DNA of 64,000 nucleotides from an uncultured Chloroflexia bacterium. GTDB taxonomy: Bacteria > Chloroflexota > Limnocylindria > Limnocylindrales > CSP1-4. The notes under the pieces were generated by a model. The model had not been told where the DNA came from and searched no databases. It saw only the letters and a list, made by a program, of their open reading frames with translations. The stretch spans positions 64,001-128,000 of the forward strand of contig CAVTHS010000008.1 in NCBI GenBank assembly GCA_963734535.1, read 5' to 3'. The position numbers and the translations under genes were made by a program. Of this stretch, positions 19,671-30,200 are shown piece after piece. The number at the start of each line of letters is the position of its first letter. Position 1 is the stretch's first letter.

Positions 19671-20169
19671 CGTCGAGCTCGATCACCTGTGGCATCGCGG
19701 CGAAGTCGCCCCCGGGCCAGACGAGGATGCGCCGGGGCGTGACGGTCAGCGAGATGCGCTGGAACAGGTACCACAGGAACAGCTTGCGGACCACCCGGTT
19801 GCTGGTGAATCGCCGGCTGTCGGGCTGACGCTTCGAGACCGTCTTGAACAGCCCGATGATGTCCGGCGTGTAGTCGAGCACCTCGGCCACGGCCGCGTCG
19901 CCCTGGACCAGGACCGCCGGCGGATGGTCGAGGCGGGAGCCGGTCGGGTCCGAGTAGAGCAGCGAGACCTGCGGATGGCGACGGGCATTGAATGCCTTGA
20001 CCGGGAAGGCGATCGACACGGCGCACACGATGTGCCCCTCCGCCACGTCCAGGTACGGCACGGACGGCCAGGTCATCGGCTGGCCCTGCCGGTTCACCGT
20101 TGTGAACTCGCACGTGTAGAAGTCGCGCAGGACGGCTTCGACGTCGGGCGGCAGCGTCAGCCCGGCCAT
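19660..20169 (-). CDS. Pyridoxamine 5'-phosphate oxidase-like flavin/F420-binding protein
   Basis: CEFTTVNRQGQPMTWP...KAFNARRHPQVSLL...VLVQGDA. Confidence 0.85.
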   Translation of the reverse strand: MAGLTLPPDVEAVLRDFYTCEFTTVNRQGQPMTWPSVPYLDVAEGHIVCAVSIAFPVKAFNARRHPQVSLLYSDPTGSRLDHPPAVLVQGDAAVAEVLDYTPDIIGLFKTVSKRQPDSRRFTSNRVVRKLFLWYLFQRISLTVTPRRILVWPGGDFAAMPQVIELDDVG

Positions 20170-20218
20170 GCAGGCCCGTCCCCGCGCACCTCGCCGCCGA
20201 CCCGGCGCCCCCGCATCG

Positions 20219-21067
20219 CTAGGCCGTCACCGCGGGTCCCGCCGGAAGCGCGAGACCGCCGCGCTTCGATTCCATCGCCGCGTACAGCCTGAGCAGGGCG
20301 ACGAGGAGGAGCGCCAGACCGCCCACGAAGATCCAGGTCATCGGGCGGTCCTGGTTGAAGTCGCTCCACGCGCGCGCTGCTCCGAGGAGGATCAGCGCCA
20401 CACCGATCGCCTGGCTCTGGAGAAGGATCCGCCAGGAGCCCCAGCGCGCATCGGTCGCGTACATCAGCCCGAGCACGCCCGGCAGCGCGAACCAGCCCCC
20501 GATCACCCGTGACGTCAGCGGGGTGAGCGTCCAGGGCCAGACGCTTGCGGCCGTATCGGGGAGCAGGAACATGAACAGCGCCATCGCGACCAGTGCCAGC
20601 CCCACGCCAAGGGCGGCCATCCGGACCGGGGCCGGGACGGTGACGTCGCCCGGGACGAGCGTGCCCGGGTCGGTCGCCCGGTTCCGGAGCCACAGGAGCG
20701 GCACGATGATCGGCGTGACCAGGTAGAGGATGAGCCACGCAAAGAACGAGACGTGCTCGTGGTTGAACTTCTCCCAGCCGAGCACCGTGGCACCAGCCAT
20801 GAACCAGGTGAAGGCTGCGATCGGGAGGAATCCGAGCGTGTAGGAGCTCCATCGACCGCCCATGACGAGCCGGACGAAGAAGTACGACCCCGAGATGTAG
20901 CCCCCGCCCATCATCAACGGGGTCATCGCCGGCCTGATGGTCCAGGCGAAGAGCTTCTCCGTGTCGTTCGGGAAGACGTACAGGATGATGAAGGCGACGA
21001 TGAGGAACGGAGGAATCAGCGCCCCGATGATCCTGGTCTCCGGGAACAGGCGATCGTCGCGCACCAT
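20219..21067 (-). CDS. Multi-TM membrane protein with an internal duplication
   Basis: Two halves with FAWTIRPAMT and WPWTLTPLTSR; about 8 TM. Confidence 0.85.
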   Translation of the reverse strand: MVRDDRLFPETRIIGALIPPFLIVAFIILYVFPNDTEKLFAWTIRPAMTPLMMGGGYISGSYFFVRLVMGGRWSSYTLGFLPIAAFTWFMAGATVLGWEKFNHEHVSFFAWLILYLVTPIIVPLLWLRNRATDPGTLVPGDVTVPAPVRMAALGVGLALVAMALFMFLLPDTAASVWPWTLTPLTSRVIGGWFALPGVLGLMYATDARWGSWRILLQSQAIGVALILLGAARAWSDFNQDRPMTWIFVGGLALLLVALLRLYAAMESKRGGLALPAGPAVTA

Positions 21068-21369
21068 CCACCCCCCTCATGATGATTCGCCGAGATCCGT
21101 TGCGCGGGAGTATCGCAGGTCACGCGGCGATCGCAGTGTCCAAACGCGCGATCGCCCGGGGCGGGACCCGAGTCTTTCGGACCGTGCCTGACCGGCATCG
21201 ATCGCCCGGCGGCGGCCGAACGGCACTGGACGCTGGCGGATCAGGAGCACACGGTTCGAGGCGTCAGTTTGTCGATGCCAGCGGCGCGTCCAGCCACGAG
21301 TCGATCGGGTCGCCGAGCCGCGCGGAGTCGCTGGTGGACCTGGATTCGCCGACCCGACGGAGGCGCATC

Positions 21370-21558
21370 ATGACGCTCAACCGGACGATCCTCGGGCCAC
21401 GGGGCGCGTCCTTCGGGGCTCTGGTTCGGGCCATGCTCATCATCGCGGCGGTCATCGTCGTGATGCTGGTCCTGACCGCGATCTTCGGCGTGCAGCAGCT
21501 TGGCCCATCTCTCGAGATCACGCCTGATCCTGCATCCGGCCTCGGACTGCCGTTCTGA
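21370..21558 (+). CDS. Small single-TM protein
   Basis: GGAGG RBS; hydrophobic core AMLIIAAVIVVMLVLTAIFG. Confidence 0.6.
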   Translation: MTLNRTILGPRGASFGALVRAMLIIAAVIVVMLVLTAIFGVQQLGPSLEITPDPASGLGLPF

Positions 21559-21594
21559 CGTCGGGGGCTTGAGGTCCCTGGCGGGCCGCCGCCG

Positions 21595-21672
21595 CCCGCT
21601 GCTGGCCTCCCGGCCGCAGCTGGCCTCCCGGCCGCTGCTCGCCTCCTGGCCGCTGCTCGCCTCCCGGCCGTT
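21595..21672. repeat. 18-bp tandem repeat, about 4 copies
   Basis: GCTGGCCTCCCGGCCGC(A/T) units. Confidence 0.85.
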
Positions 21673-21829
21673 GCGATGTTCGTTCGGAACCGCCGCACGA
21701 GAGCCCGACCGGTCCGTGCTACCGTGTCCCACCTGTTCATGAGGCCCGGCTTCCGGCGCACGTGAACGCGGCGTCCGGCAGAGCACGGTGACGGCTCGAC
21801 CGGAGGACAGACGCAGGGGAGGGAACGCG

Positions 21830-22571
21830 ATGCTGGCCCGGTACCGGAACCTGGCGACACCGCTCGCGCTGGTCGCGGCGGTGATCCTCGTCTACATGGA
21901 GAACCCCTGGTTCTTCCCCAAGGATGGCACGATCGAGAACGACGTCGCGACCGTCGCGTTCTGGGTCCTCACGATCGTCGTGCTGATCCTCATGTTCGAG
22001 GATCGCAAGTCCCCCGGCGCCGAGGTCGTCAACGTCGAGGGACCCGCATTCGCGCGGTACCTCTTCAGCAACACCACGGCGGGCCTGTTCTGGCTGCCGA
22101 TCCGCATCTTCCTGGGCTTCGAATGGGCGGTCGCGGGCTGGCACAAGCTGTCCGGCGCGGGCTGGATCGATGGGGGCGGGGCGATCCTCGGCTACTGGCA
22201 GAAGGCGGTCGCGGTCCCGGCCCAGGGCTCCGCGCCGATCACGTTCGACTGGTACCGCTCGTTCCTCCAGCTCCTCATCGACAACCACGCCCAGGGTCTG
22301 TTCGGCTGGCTCATCGCGGTCGGCGAGCTCGCCGTGGGCAGTCGCCCTCCTCGTCGGGGCGCTCGTCGGGGTCGCGGCCTTCTTCGGGGTGGTGATGAAC
22401 ATGTCCTACCTGCTCGCCGGTTCGACGTCGTCGAACCCGGTCATGTTCGCGCTTGCGATCGGCCTGATCCTGGCCTGGAGGGTGGCCGGGTACTACGGCG
22501 TCGACCGCTACCTCCTGCCGCGCCTCGGCGTGCCTTGGCGGGCGAAGGTGGTCATCCCGAGTCGATCGTGA
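21830..22571 (+). CDS. DoxX/DoxD (TQO small-subunit-like) membrane protein, +1 frameshift near 22340
   Basis: RIFLGFEWAVAGWHK...GELAVG continues in the next frame as VALLVG...MNMSYLLAGSTSSNP...AGYYGVD. Confidence 0.85.
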
Positions 22572-22626
22572 AGCGAAGCCGCTTCTGAATCCCGCGCGGC
22601 AGCTGCCCGGGTCGGGGACGCGCTCC

Positions 22627-23145
22627 TCAGATCGGCCGACGTGAGCGGCTCCGGCGGCGCCTGGCTCCGCTCGATCCTGCCGAGTCGATCGCCACGATGC
22701 TGATCGAGCCGTCCGCCTCGAGCGTGGCGAGCTTCAGCTCCTTGACGTCGTCGAGCCCGTGCTCGCGCAGCGCCGCCTCGACGTCCACGAGGTCGAGGCC
22801 CTGACCCTCGAGCACCGGGAACAGCCACGCGCCATCGCGGCCGATGACCGTCGGCGCGGACTCGAGGAGCCGGCGAATGAAGGAGCTCCGCACCCGTAGC
22901 TCGGCGACCGCTCGGTTGAGGACGAAGATCGTCAGGATGATGATCAGCCCACCCGGGATCGACGCATCCGACCCCGTGATCGCCGGCTGGAGCGCATTCG
23001 CGGCCAGGAGCACGAGCGCGAGGTCGAAGAGCGTGAACTGGCCGACCTCGCGCTTGCCGAACAGGCGAAGGGCGCCGAAGAAGATGAAATAGATGATCGC
23101 CGCCCGTGCCACGAGCTCGAGCGGCGGCGTACCGAGCGTCCACAT
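22627..23145 (-). CDS. DUF421 (YetF) membrane protein
   Basis: LRLFGKREVGQFTLFDL...ALREHG...ATLEADGSISI. Confidence 0.92.
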   Translation of the reverse strand: MWTLGTPPLELVARAAIIYFIFFGALRLFGKREVGQFTLFDLALVLLAANALQPAITGSDASIPGGLIIILTIFVLNRAVAELRVRSSFIRRLLESAPTVIGRDGAWLFPVLEGQGLDLVDVEAALREHGLDDVKELKLATLEADGSISIVAIDSAGSSGARRRRSRSRRPI

Positions 23146-23284
23146 GCGGCGGCTCCTCGGGTCGGGACGCGATCAGCTGGTCGATGGCTGCGCCGTGCTG
23201 CGGCGCCCGGCGCCGTGCTGCCTGGCGCCGTGCTGCCTGGCGCCGTGCTGCGGTACCAGGCACCGGGCTGCCGGTGCTGCGGGC

Positions 23285-23695
23285 TCAGCCCCTGGCGCGC
23301 ATCCGGTTGTTCTTGGCGTCGTGGGTCACCTCGGCGAGACCGAGCGCCTCCAGGAGCGGCGGCATGTACACGCCGAACCGCCCGCGCAGGCCCTTCTTGA
23401 GTCCGTACCAGCCGCCGAGCGGGTTCGACTCCGAGCGACCCCACGCCTCCACCGACCCATCGGGCGCGGGCTTCTGCTCATCCGCGCCGCCGAGCGGCAT
23501 CCAGTCGCCGTGCGCCTTGAGCATCGCCTGGAGGTCGTCGATCGCCCGGGCGTCGTAGAGCAGCTTCGTCCCGCCGACCTGGCAGACGATCACCGGCGGA
23601 TCGGCCGTGTCGTCGCGGTACATCGTGTACTCCGATGTCCCGGGCGGGGTTCTCAGGACCCACGGGTCGTCCTTGGTGCCGGTGCCGGTCGCCAT
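23285..23695 (-). CDS. Conserved hypothetical protein (DUF6855-like)
   Basis: GTKDDPWVLRTPPGTSEY...GADEQKP...GWYGLKKGLRGRFG; GGAGG RBS. Confidence 0.85.
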   Translation of the reverse strand: MATGTGTKDDPWVLRTPPGTSEYTMYRDDTADPPVIVCQVGGTKLLYDARAIDDLQAMLKAHGDWMPLGGADEQKPAPDGSVEAWGRSESNPLGGWYGLKKGLRGRFGVYMPPLLEALGLAEVTHDAKNNRMRARG

Positions 23696-23859
23696 GTCGC
23701 GTCCCCTCCAGGTTGCCCTTCGCCGTTCGTCAAGATGACAAGTCTGCCATCGTTCGTGCGATCCGAAACTCGTTGACTCGAACGCCGGCCAGGCCCGTCC
23801 GGGGCCAGTTGGCGAACCCGGCGGATGGCATGTCTTCGTGTCCGCGCGATCGTTTGCCT

Positions 23860-24015
23860 CGCGCCGCCGAGCCCGCCGAGCCCGCCGAGCCCGCCGCGCT
23901 CGCCGCGCCCGCCACGCCGCGCCGCGCCGCGCCGCGCCGCCGCGCCACCGTGCAGCCGCGCCGCGCCCCGCGAACGCCCCCGCGCGCCACGCCGCCGCGT
24001 CCCCGCACCGCCACG
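23860..24015. repeat. Low-complexity GCCGC/GCCGAGCCC tandem repeats
   Basis: Visible (GCCGC)n and (GCCGAGCCC)3. Confidence 0.8.
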
Positions 24016-24092
24016 CCGCAAACGTCGCCCGCGAACGTCCTCGGTAAGTCCGGGATGAGCGCCGGGAGAGCGACCGTGGCGATGCTGCCACC

Positions 24093-25253
24093 GTGAATGA
24101 TCTGACGGTCGGCCGCGCCATCCGGCTCCTGCGCCGGCGTCGCCGTTGGCGTCAACGCGACCTGGCAGCGAGGGCAGGCGTGAGCCAGCCGACCGTCTCG
24201 GCCCTCGAGCGCGGCCAGATCGCTTGCACGCCCATGAGAACCTTGCGAATGGTCCTCGACGCCCTGGACGCCACCGTGTGGCTCGACCTCTCGTGGCGGG
24301 GCGGCATCATCGCCCGACTGCTCGATGAGCGCCATGCTGCGCTGGTTGGCGCCGTCGCGGGATCGCTCACGACCTGGCGCTGGGAGGTCGTCCCCGAGGT
24401 GTCGTACTCCGAGTATGGCGAGCGAGGCTCCATCGACCTGGTGGCCTGGCGCGGGGACTCGCGCACGCTCCTCATCGTCGAGGTCAAGACAGAGCTGGTG
24501 TCGGTCGAGGCGACCCTTCGCAAGCTCGACGAGAAGGTTCGCCTGGGACCGAAGATCGTCGGCGAGCGCCTTGGCTGGCGCCCTGCTGTCGTTGCCCGTC
24601 TGCTCATCCTGCCGTCCGATCGAACACAGCGACGGCATGTCGAGCGGCACGCCGCGGTGCTCGAACGCGCTCTGCCGATCCGCGGGCGCGCGATCCGGTC
24701 GTGGCTGCACGACCCTCGGGGGCCGGTCGCCGGTCTATGGTTCGTCTCGGTGGTCGAGGCCGCCTCGGCACGCACGAACCCTTCGGCACGCACGAACCCT
24801 TCGGCACGCACGAACCTGGCCGGCCTCGGCTGCGCGCGCGACCGGGGATGGGACCGCCGCCATACGGCGGGGGGTTCCTCGCGCGAATTCAGCCGGGGCG
24901 GCGGCTCGGCGTACGAATTGAGCCGCGGGCGACGCCACGACCCGGACCCGGCACCAGCACGCCTCCCGGCCGCAGCGTGCCGGCCCGCCCGGGAGTCCTG
25001 GCCGACCGTACGGCTCACGCCGGCGCTTCCACGCTCCGCTTCGTGTCGAATATCGGCCACACCAATGCGGGGATTGGACGTGACACGTGCCGCGGCGGCC
25101 CGATCCACGATCCTGGCTCGGCGCCCGAGCGAGGGAACGGCAATCGGCGTTCCACCGGCCGCCGACGCCGGGCGCAGCGCCGATCCGGCAACAGCGCGGC
25201 TGGCATCTGGCAGGATTCTGGCTGGAGCGCCGATCCGGCAGCAGCCCGGCTGA
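24093..25253 (+). CDS. XRE-HTH fused to a PD-(D/E)xK restriction-endonuclease-like domain
   Basis: WRQRDLAARAGVSQPTVSALERG; EVSYSEYGERGSIDLVAW...LIVEVKT. Folded part ends near 24780; the rest reads through repeats. Confidence 0.8.
   Translation: MNDLTVGRAIRLLRRRRRWRQRDLAARAGVSQPTVSALERGQIACTPMRTLRMVLDALDATVWLDLSWRGGIIARLLDERHAALVGAVAGSLTTWRWEVVPEVSYSEYGERGSIDLVAWRGDSRTLLIVEVKTELVSVEATLRKLDEKVRLGPKIVGERLGWRPAVVARLLILPSDRTQRRHVERHAAVLERALPIRGRAIRSWLHDPRGPVAGLWFVSVVEAASARTNPSARTNPSARTNLAGLGCARDRGWDRRHTAGGSSREFSRGGGSAYELSRGRRHDPDPAPARLPAAACRPARESWPTVRLTPALPRSASCRISATPMRGLDVTRAAAARSTILARRPSEGTAIGVPPAADAGRSADPATARLASGRILAGAPIRQQPG
24766..24816. repeat. 18-bp tandem repeat, 3 copies
   Basis: TCGGCACGCACGAACCCT units (SARTNP). 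Confidence 0.85.
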
Positions 25254-25363
25254 TATCCGACACGGAATCGCGCCCGGGCCTCATCCGGCAGCAGCCCGGC
25301 TGATATCCGACACTGAATCGCGCCCGAGCATCATCCGGCAGCAGCCCGGCTGATGGATGGCAC
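25183..25363 (+). repeat. 50-bp-period array, 4 units with a ~31-bp conserved core and ~19-bp variable part
   Basis: ATCCGGCAGCAGCCCGGCTGATATCCGACAC at 25233 and 25283, with degenerate copies at 25183 and 25333. Confidence 0.85.
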
Positions 25364-25439
25364 GTTTCCGATGTCGAAGCCACCCGGGCCCGCACGCAGA
25401 CCGCGTCGCCACCCTGGGAGCCGGAGCCGCCGGAGCCGC

Positions 25440-25682
25440 CGGAGCTGCTGGAGTTGCACGGGCCGCCGGAGCTGCTGGAGGGGCACGAGCCGACGCAGCG
25501 GCACGAACCGACGCAGCGGCACGGGCCGCCGGAGCTGCTGGAGGGGCACGAGCCGACGCAGCGGCACGAACCGACGCAGCGGCACGGGCCGCCGGAGATG
25601 CTGGAGGGGCACGAGCCGACGCAGCGGCACGGGCCGCCGGAGATGCTGGAGGGGCACGAGCCGACGCAGCGGCACGAACCGC
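25440..25682. repeat. Composite tandem repeat (63/45-bp units built from 18- and 27-bp blocks)
   Basis: CACGGGCCGCCGGAG(C/A)TGCTGGAGGGG x4 and CACGA(G/A)CCGACGCAGCGG x6. Confidence 0.9.
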
Positions 25683-25739
25683 CCTGGCCGCACGGCTCTG
25701 CGAAATCCGCCGCGAGGCAGGGCCCCACAGCCCTGCGTC

Positions 25740-26897
25740 CTATTTGATGAGTGCGAGCACCTTCGGAACGAGCGCCTCGTCGGTCGTCTCGACGTCGAAG
25801 GCGACGGTGGCGTTCGCGTACACGTAATCCGCCGGACCCTGCGTGTAGCCGATCTTCGTCAGCTTGTGGCCGGCGATCGTCACGGTCGAGCGCGTCGGCG
25901 TCTCCGTCGTGTTCGTCATCCAGCTGGCGACGACCGCCGCGGCGAGATCGGTTCCCGGCACGCCATTGACCCGGAATGCGAAGAGCCGTACCTGGAGCGC
26001 GCCGGTCGCGTCATGGGACTCGGCGATCTCGAGGTCGGCGGCCGTCTTGCCGAGCTTCCCGAGCGAGGTGATCAGCGACCGGCTGGTCTCGTCGGTTCCG
26101 AGGGCGGCGGTCCCTGAAACGCTCTGGCTCGTCATGGGGGCGCCGTCAACGGTCACTGGCAGGAGCGCCTCGAGGTCGGGGGCGACGTGGCTCACCGGCG
26201 CTGGGCTGGGGCTCGGGCCCACGCTCGGAATCGCGCTCGGCTCGACCGACGCCAGGGCCGCCGGGGAGGCGCCGGCGCCCGGGCTCGCGCTCGTCGAGGA
26301 AGGTCGCGGGCTCGCCGAGAGGGCCTGGACCATCGCCGCGTCGACGGCGCCTGCGACCGACTCGAGGACCGCCTGGTCCACCGTGGTCGGTGTCGTGATG
26401 TCGGCGACGAGAATCCCGCGGCGGACGAAGATCGTGTTGCTGACGGTGCGCGTGCTCGTGACGGCCGCCGACTCGTCGCCCAGCTGTGGCACGCTCATGT
26501 CGGTCGAGCCGGCGCCCACCGCGGAGTCGTGGTCGCGGGCGAACGCAAGCTGGGCGTCGGTCCCGTAGCAGCTGATGCTGATGAACGCGGTGGGTGCCTG
26601 CGTCCCGTCCGACGGAGTCGGTCCGACGAGCGTCGTCGTGAGAACGTCGACGAGGAACCGCGTCGAGGCGATCGCCCAGCCCGAGGGGAGCGACGTCGCG
26701 CTCGGAACCGCGTACCAGGTGACGGTCCGGCAGGCCTTCGCGTCCGCCTGGCTCGATGAATCGGACCCGCGAACGAGCACGATCGCGACAGCGACGACGG
26801 CGACCAGCATCGCGACGATGCTCAGGGCCGCCGCCACGACGACGGTGCGTCGATACCGGTCGCCCGACCCCACCGCCTCGCGGTCCCGTCGGCTCAT
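25740..26897 (-). CDS. Membrane-anchored extracytoplasmic protein, function unknown
   Basis: N-terminal TM, two globular domains separated by a Ser/Pro linker, one Cys pair. Confidence 0.8.
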   Translation of the reverse strand: MSRRDREAVGSGDRYRRTVVVAAALSIVAMLVAVVAVAIVLVRGSDSSSQADAKACRTVTWYAVPSATSLPSGWAIASTRFLVDVLTTTLVGPTPSDGTQAPTAFISISCYGTDAQLAFARDHDSAVGAGSTDMSVPQLGDESAAVTSTRTVSNTIFVRRGILVADITTPTTVDQAVLESVAGAVDAAMVQALSASPRPSSTSASPGAGASPAALASVEPSAIPSVGPSPSPAPVSHVAPDLEALLPVTVDGAPMTSQSVSGTAALGTDETSRSLITSLGKLGKTAADLEIAESHDATGALQVRLFAFRVNGVPGTDLAAAVVASWMTNTTETPTRSTVTIAGHKLTKIGYTQGPADYVYANATVAFDVETTDEALVPKVLALIK

Positions 26898-26909
26898 CCC
26901 CACGATCCG

Positions 26910-27064
26910 CTCATGCGCCGGCCGCGAGTCATGCGCCGGCGGCCGCGCAGGCGCCGGCCGCCGAGGCCACGGCCGCCGAGCAGGCGCCGGCCTCGAGTCA
27001 TGCGCCGGCGACCGCGCAGGCGCCGGCCGCCAAGCAGGCGCCGGCCGCCGAGGCCACGGCCGCG
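26910..27064. repeat. Degenerate ~18-bp tandem repeat
   Basis: (T)CATGCGCCGGC.../CAGGCGCCGGCCGCC units. Confidence 0.8.
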
Positions 27065-27278
27065 TGCATCAACCATGCGACTCCCTTCGAGGTCGGCTGA
27101 CGGGCCGCGCAACCGCACGATCGACGGGCCCGAGCGGCCACTGTACCGCGGCGCCATGGCGAGAGCGCATCGTGCTGACGGCGAGCTGGAACCATGGAAC
27201 CGGTGCCCGGCCATCGCCGGAACGTTCGCCCCTTCGGGCAGCCCGGCTCGGCAGCCTGGCGGATAGCATTCCTCACTG

Positions 27279-30200
27279 ATGGACCGGGTCATGAGTCCGG
27301 CGTCCCCGGGCCCGTCCTCCGACGGCCGTGGCCCCGGCGCGCCCCGACGGACGCCGGCCCGGCCGCACAGCGTGGAGCCCACCCGGTCGCGCAGCGCGGA
27401 GCCCGCGCGGCTGCCCGAACCAACGCCTCGCGAAGGGGCGGTGCACGCCCGTATGCCTGCCGAGGCACACGTGCTGGCAGGGCCCGTGGCGACGCCGGCG
27501 GAGGTCTTCCGGCTGCAGGCGCTGGCGGGCAACCGGGCCGTGGCGGGCCACCTGCAGCGGCTCACCGTCCAGCGCGAGGCCACGACCCCGACCAGCTCCG
27601 AGCTGGACGCTGCCCTCGACGCCAAGGACAAGGGGAAGGTAAAGGGCTGGTCCGAGTTCCCCCACCTGACGCAGGGCCAGCTTACGAAGATCGTCGACCT
27701 CATCACCGACACCTGGGTCGTGGGTCCGGTCGACGAGGCGACGCTCGAGGCGGCATGGCGGGCGTATGGGCCCGAGGGAAGCCTCACGGAGAAGGACCAC
27801 GACCTCTGGGTGCGATGCCTCGATCGCGGCGTGAGCCCGCTCCGGGTCCCCTGGATCTACGAGCTGCGAACGCAGTTCGCCCAGGACACCCGCGACCACG
27901 CATACCGGACGCTCGAGACGAACGACCAGTACCTCAAGGACGAGGCGACGACGCTGGGCGTCGCCGTGGACGGGGGCGGGAAGCCCGCCGAGCCAGCCGT
28001 GCCGGCAAAGACACAGGAGCAGCAGGTCGAGGATCGCCAGAAGGCGGCCCGCCTGATCCGCGACCTCCAGCGAGCGCGCGCCGCCCTGCTCCAGATCGAG
28101 TGCGGGTACGCCGAGCCGGAAGGCCACCAGCAGGCGGACCAGCCGATGACGCCAAGCGGCACGCGCGTCAAGTTCAACCCCGACGCGCCTCCTCCCGGGA
28201 AGACGAATGGCAACGAGTCGCCCCCGATGGCGCGCTACGAGGAACTGAAGGCCGCCGACAGCGCGGCGGACGGGGTCATCTCCGCGATCGCGAGCACCAG
28301 CCCCGCCCTCTTCGCGATGCTCGCTCAGGGAAACCTCGACGCCTTCGCGGATGCGACGGACACCAGCGTCGCCCAGGCCCAGGTCGCCGCCACGTTCGCG
28401 AAGGTCCTGGCCGCGATCAAGGAGACGCGCGCCAAGCTCGAACCGCCCGGCGCGGACCTGCCCTTCCAGCATCTCAAGCCGGTCCACGAGCGCCTCTTCA
28501 CGGACCCATCCAAGCCGCGCTGGGGGAAGCCATTCGCGAAGGCCGAGGCGCAGCGCTACGTGGAGGATGAGAAGGGCAGCGAAGCGCAGATGCAGGCGGC
28601 GCTCGGGATCGCCGCGCTCGTGCTCCTCATCACGATCTCCATTGCCAGCGGAGGGTCGGCCTCCATCGCCGTCACGCTGCTCTCCGACATGGTCCAGGTC
28701 GGCGCGTCGGCGGCGAGCGCCGGGATGAGCTGGGAGAAGGCGAACACGCTCGCGACCGCGGCCTCCACCACCACGCGAAGCGATCTCGCGCTCGTCGACA
28801 AGGGTGAGGCGGACAGCGCCCAGGCCGAGGCCGTCCGCGACACGATCTTCGCGCTCGTCGATGTCTATGGAGCCGGCAAGGGGCTCGTGAAGGCGGCGAT
28901 GACTGGGATGGAGGCCAAGGCCGCCCTGGCCGGGCTTCGGGCGACGCAGGCGGACGTGTCGAAGCTGCGCGGCCTCGAACAGCTCAGTGTCGCGGAACGG
29001 GAGACCACGCTCGGAGCGGCGATCGAGCGGGATGGGGTCGCGGCCACGCTCGCGAAGTCGGGCAAGAGCGCCCAGGATCTCCTGGCGCTCGTGTCGAAGG
29101 AGGGCGCCGCGGGTACGCGCCTGGGCCAGTACGTGGCGATGCTCGCGAAGAACGGCGGGGCCGCGCTCAAGGAACTCGCGCCACGGCTCGGCAAGCTGAC
29201 GGAGCTGACCGCGAAGGAGGCCGACGAGGCCGTCTCGACGGGGCTCGAGTTCTTCGGTCCGGGGCGGACGCTCGAGATGGCGGGTGGCTTCGAGACGCTC
29301 CAGGCCAAGGTCGGTCATGGCGCCCCGTCGCTCGCGCGAATCGAGACCTGGCGGGACGGCTTGAAGCGGGACCTCGGGACGTTCCTCGAGGAGCGCAGGG
29401 CGGGATCGCGTGGGACCGGCGCGGCGACCGACGTCGCCTCGAAGTCGGGCGCGATGACGTCCTCGGCCGCCGCGACTGCCGAGGACCTCCAGGCCGCACG
29501 TGCCTTCGTCGCGGCGCGCTCCGGCGTCGGCGCGAGCCGCGTCGACGAGATCCTGCAAATGGGGCTCGCCTCCGCGGAACAGCTCGAGAAGTACGCGGCA
29601 GCGGGTCCGGGGGTGCACGCCCTGTTCGAGTCCGCCGCGACTCGCGAGGCGCGCGCGGAGGCACTGCTTCGCCTTGTCAATGAGCGCCTCGGAGAGCGCG
29701 GCATCCCGCCGGCGACCTACGGCTTCCAGAAGGAGGCGGGCGCATCCTTCGAATGGAAGGAGTGGCGCGTCAACTTCAACGACGAGCTGCTTCGCAAGCC
29801 GCGCCTCGAGCCGAAGGAGTTCACCGAGCTCCTGGAGCACGCCTACCACGAGGCCCGGCATGGCGAGCAGTTCTTCATGATGGCGCGAGCCCAGGCGGGC
29901 GACGAGGCGACCCTCGCGTTCATCACGAAGAAGCTGGGCCTGCCCGAGAAGGTGGCCAGGCTCGCCCACGACGACCCGCTGTGGCGCGACGCGCCCGGGT
30001 TCGACGATGCGATGAAATGGTTCGAGAGCATCTACGGGGCGGGCAAAGAAGCCCGGTCGGTGACGCTCAAGACCCTCACCAGCACCGAAAAGGACTACCT
30101 GTCGAAGCGCGCGACCCAGGAGCTGGCCGAGTCGAACTACAAGGAGGTCCAGGCCGCGCTCCAGGGCGGTACCGCGACGGCCGCGTCGAAGGATCGGGCG

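Noticed and set aside
25183-25363. Canonical CRISPR array
   Set aside because: Only 4 units, variable segments of ~19 bp with two related to each other, and no cas genes or AT-rich leader. Kept as an unexplained repeat array.
25454-25747. Repetitive peptide HGPPELLEGHEPTQR as a RiPP precursor or real protein
   Set aside because: No RBS, leader or modifying enzymes nearby. All frames are open across the repeat, so it is best explained as a DNA tandem duplication.
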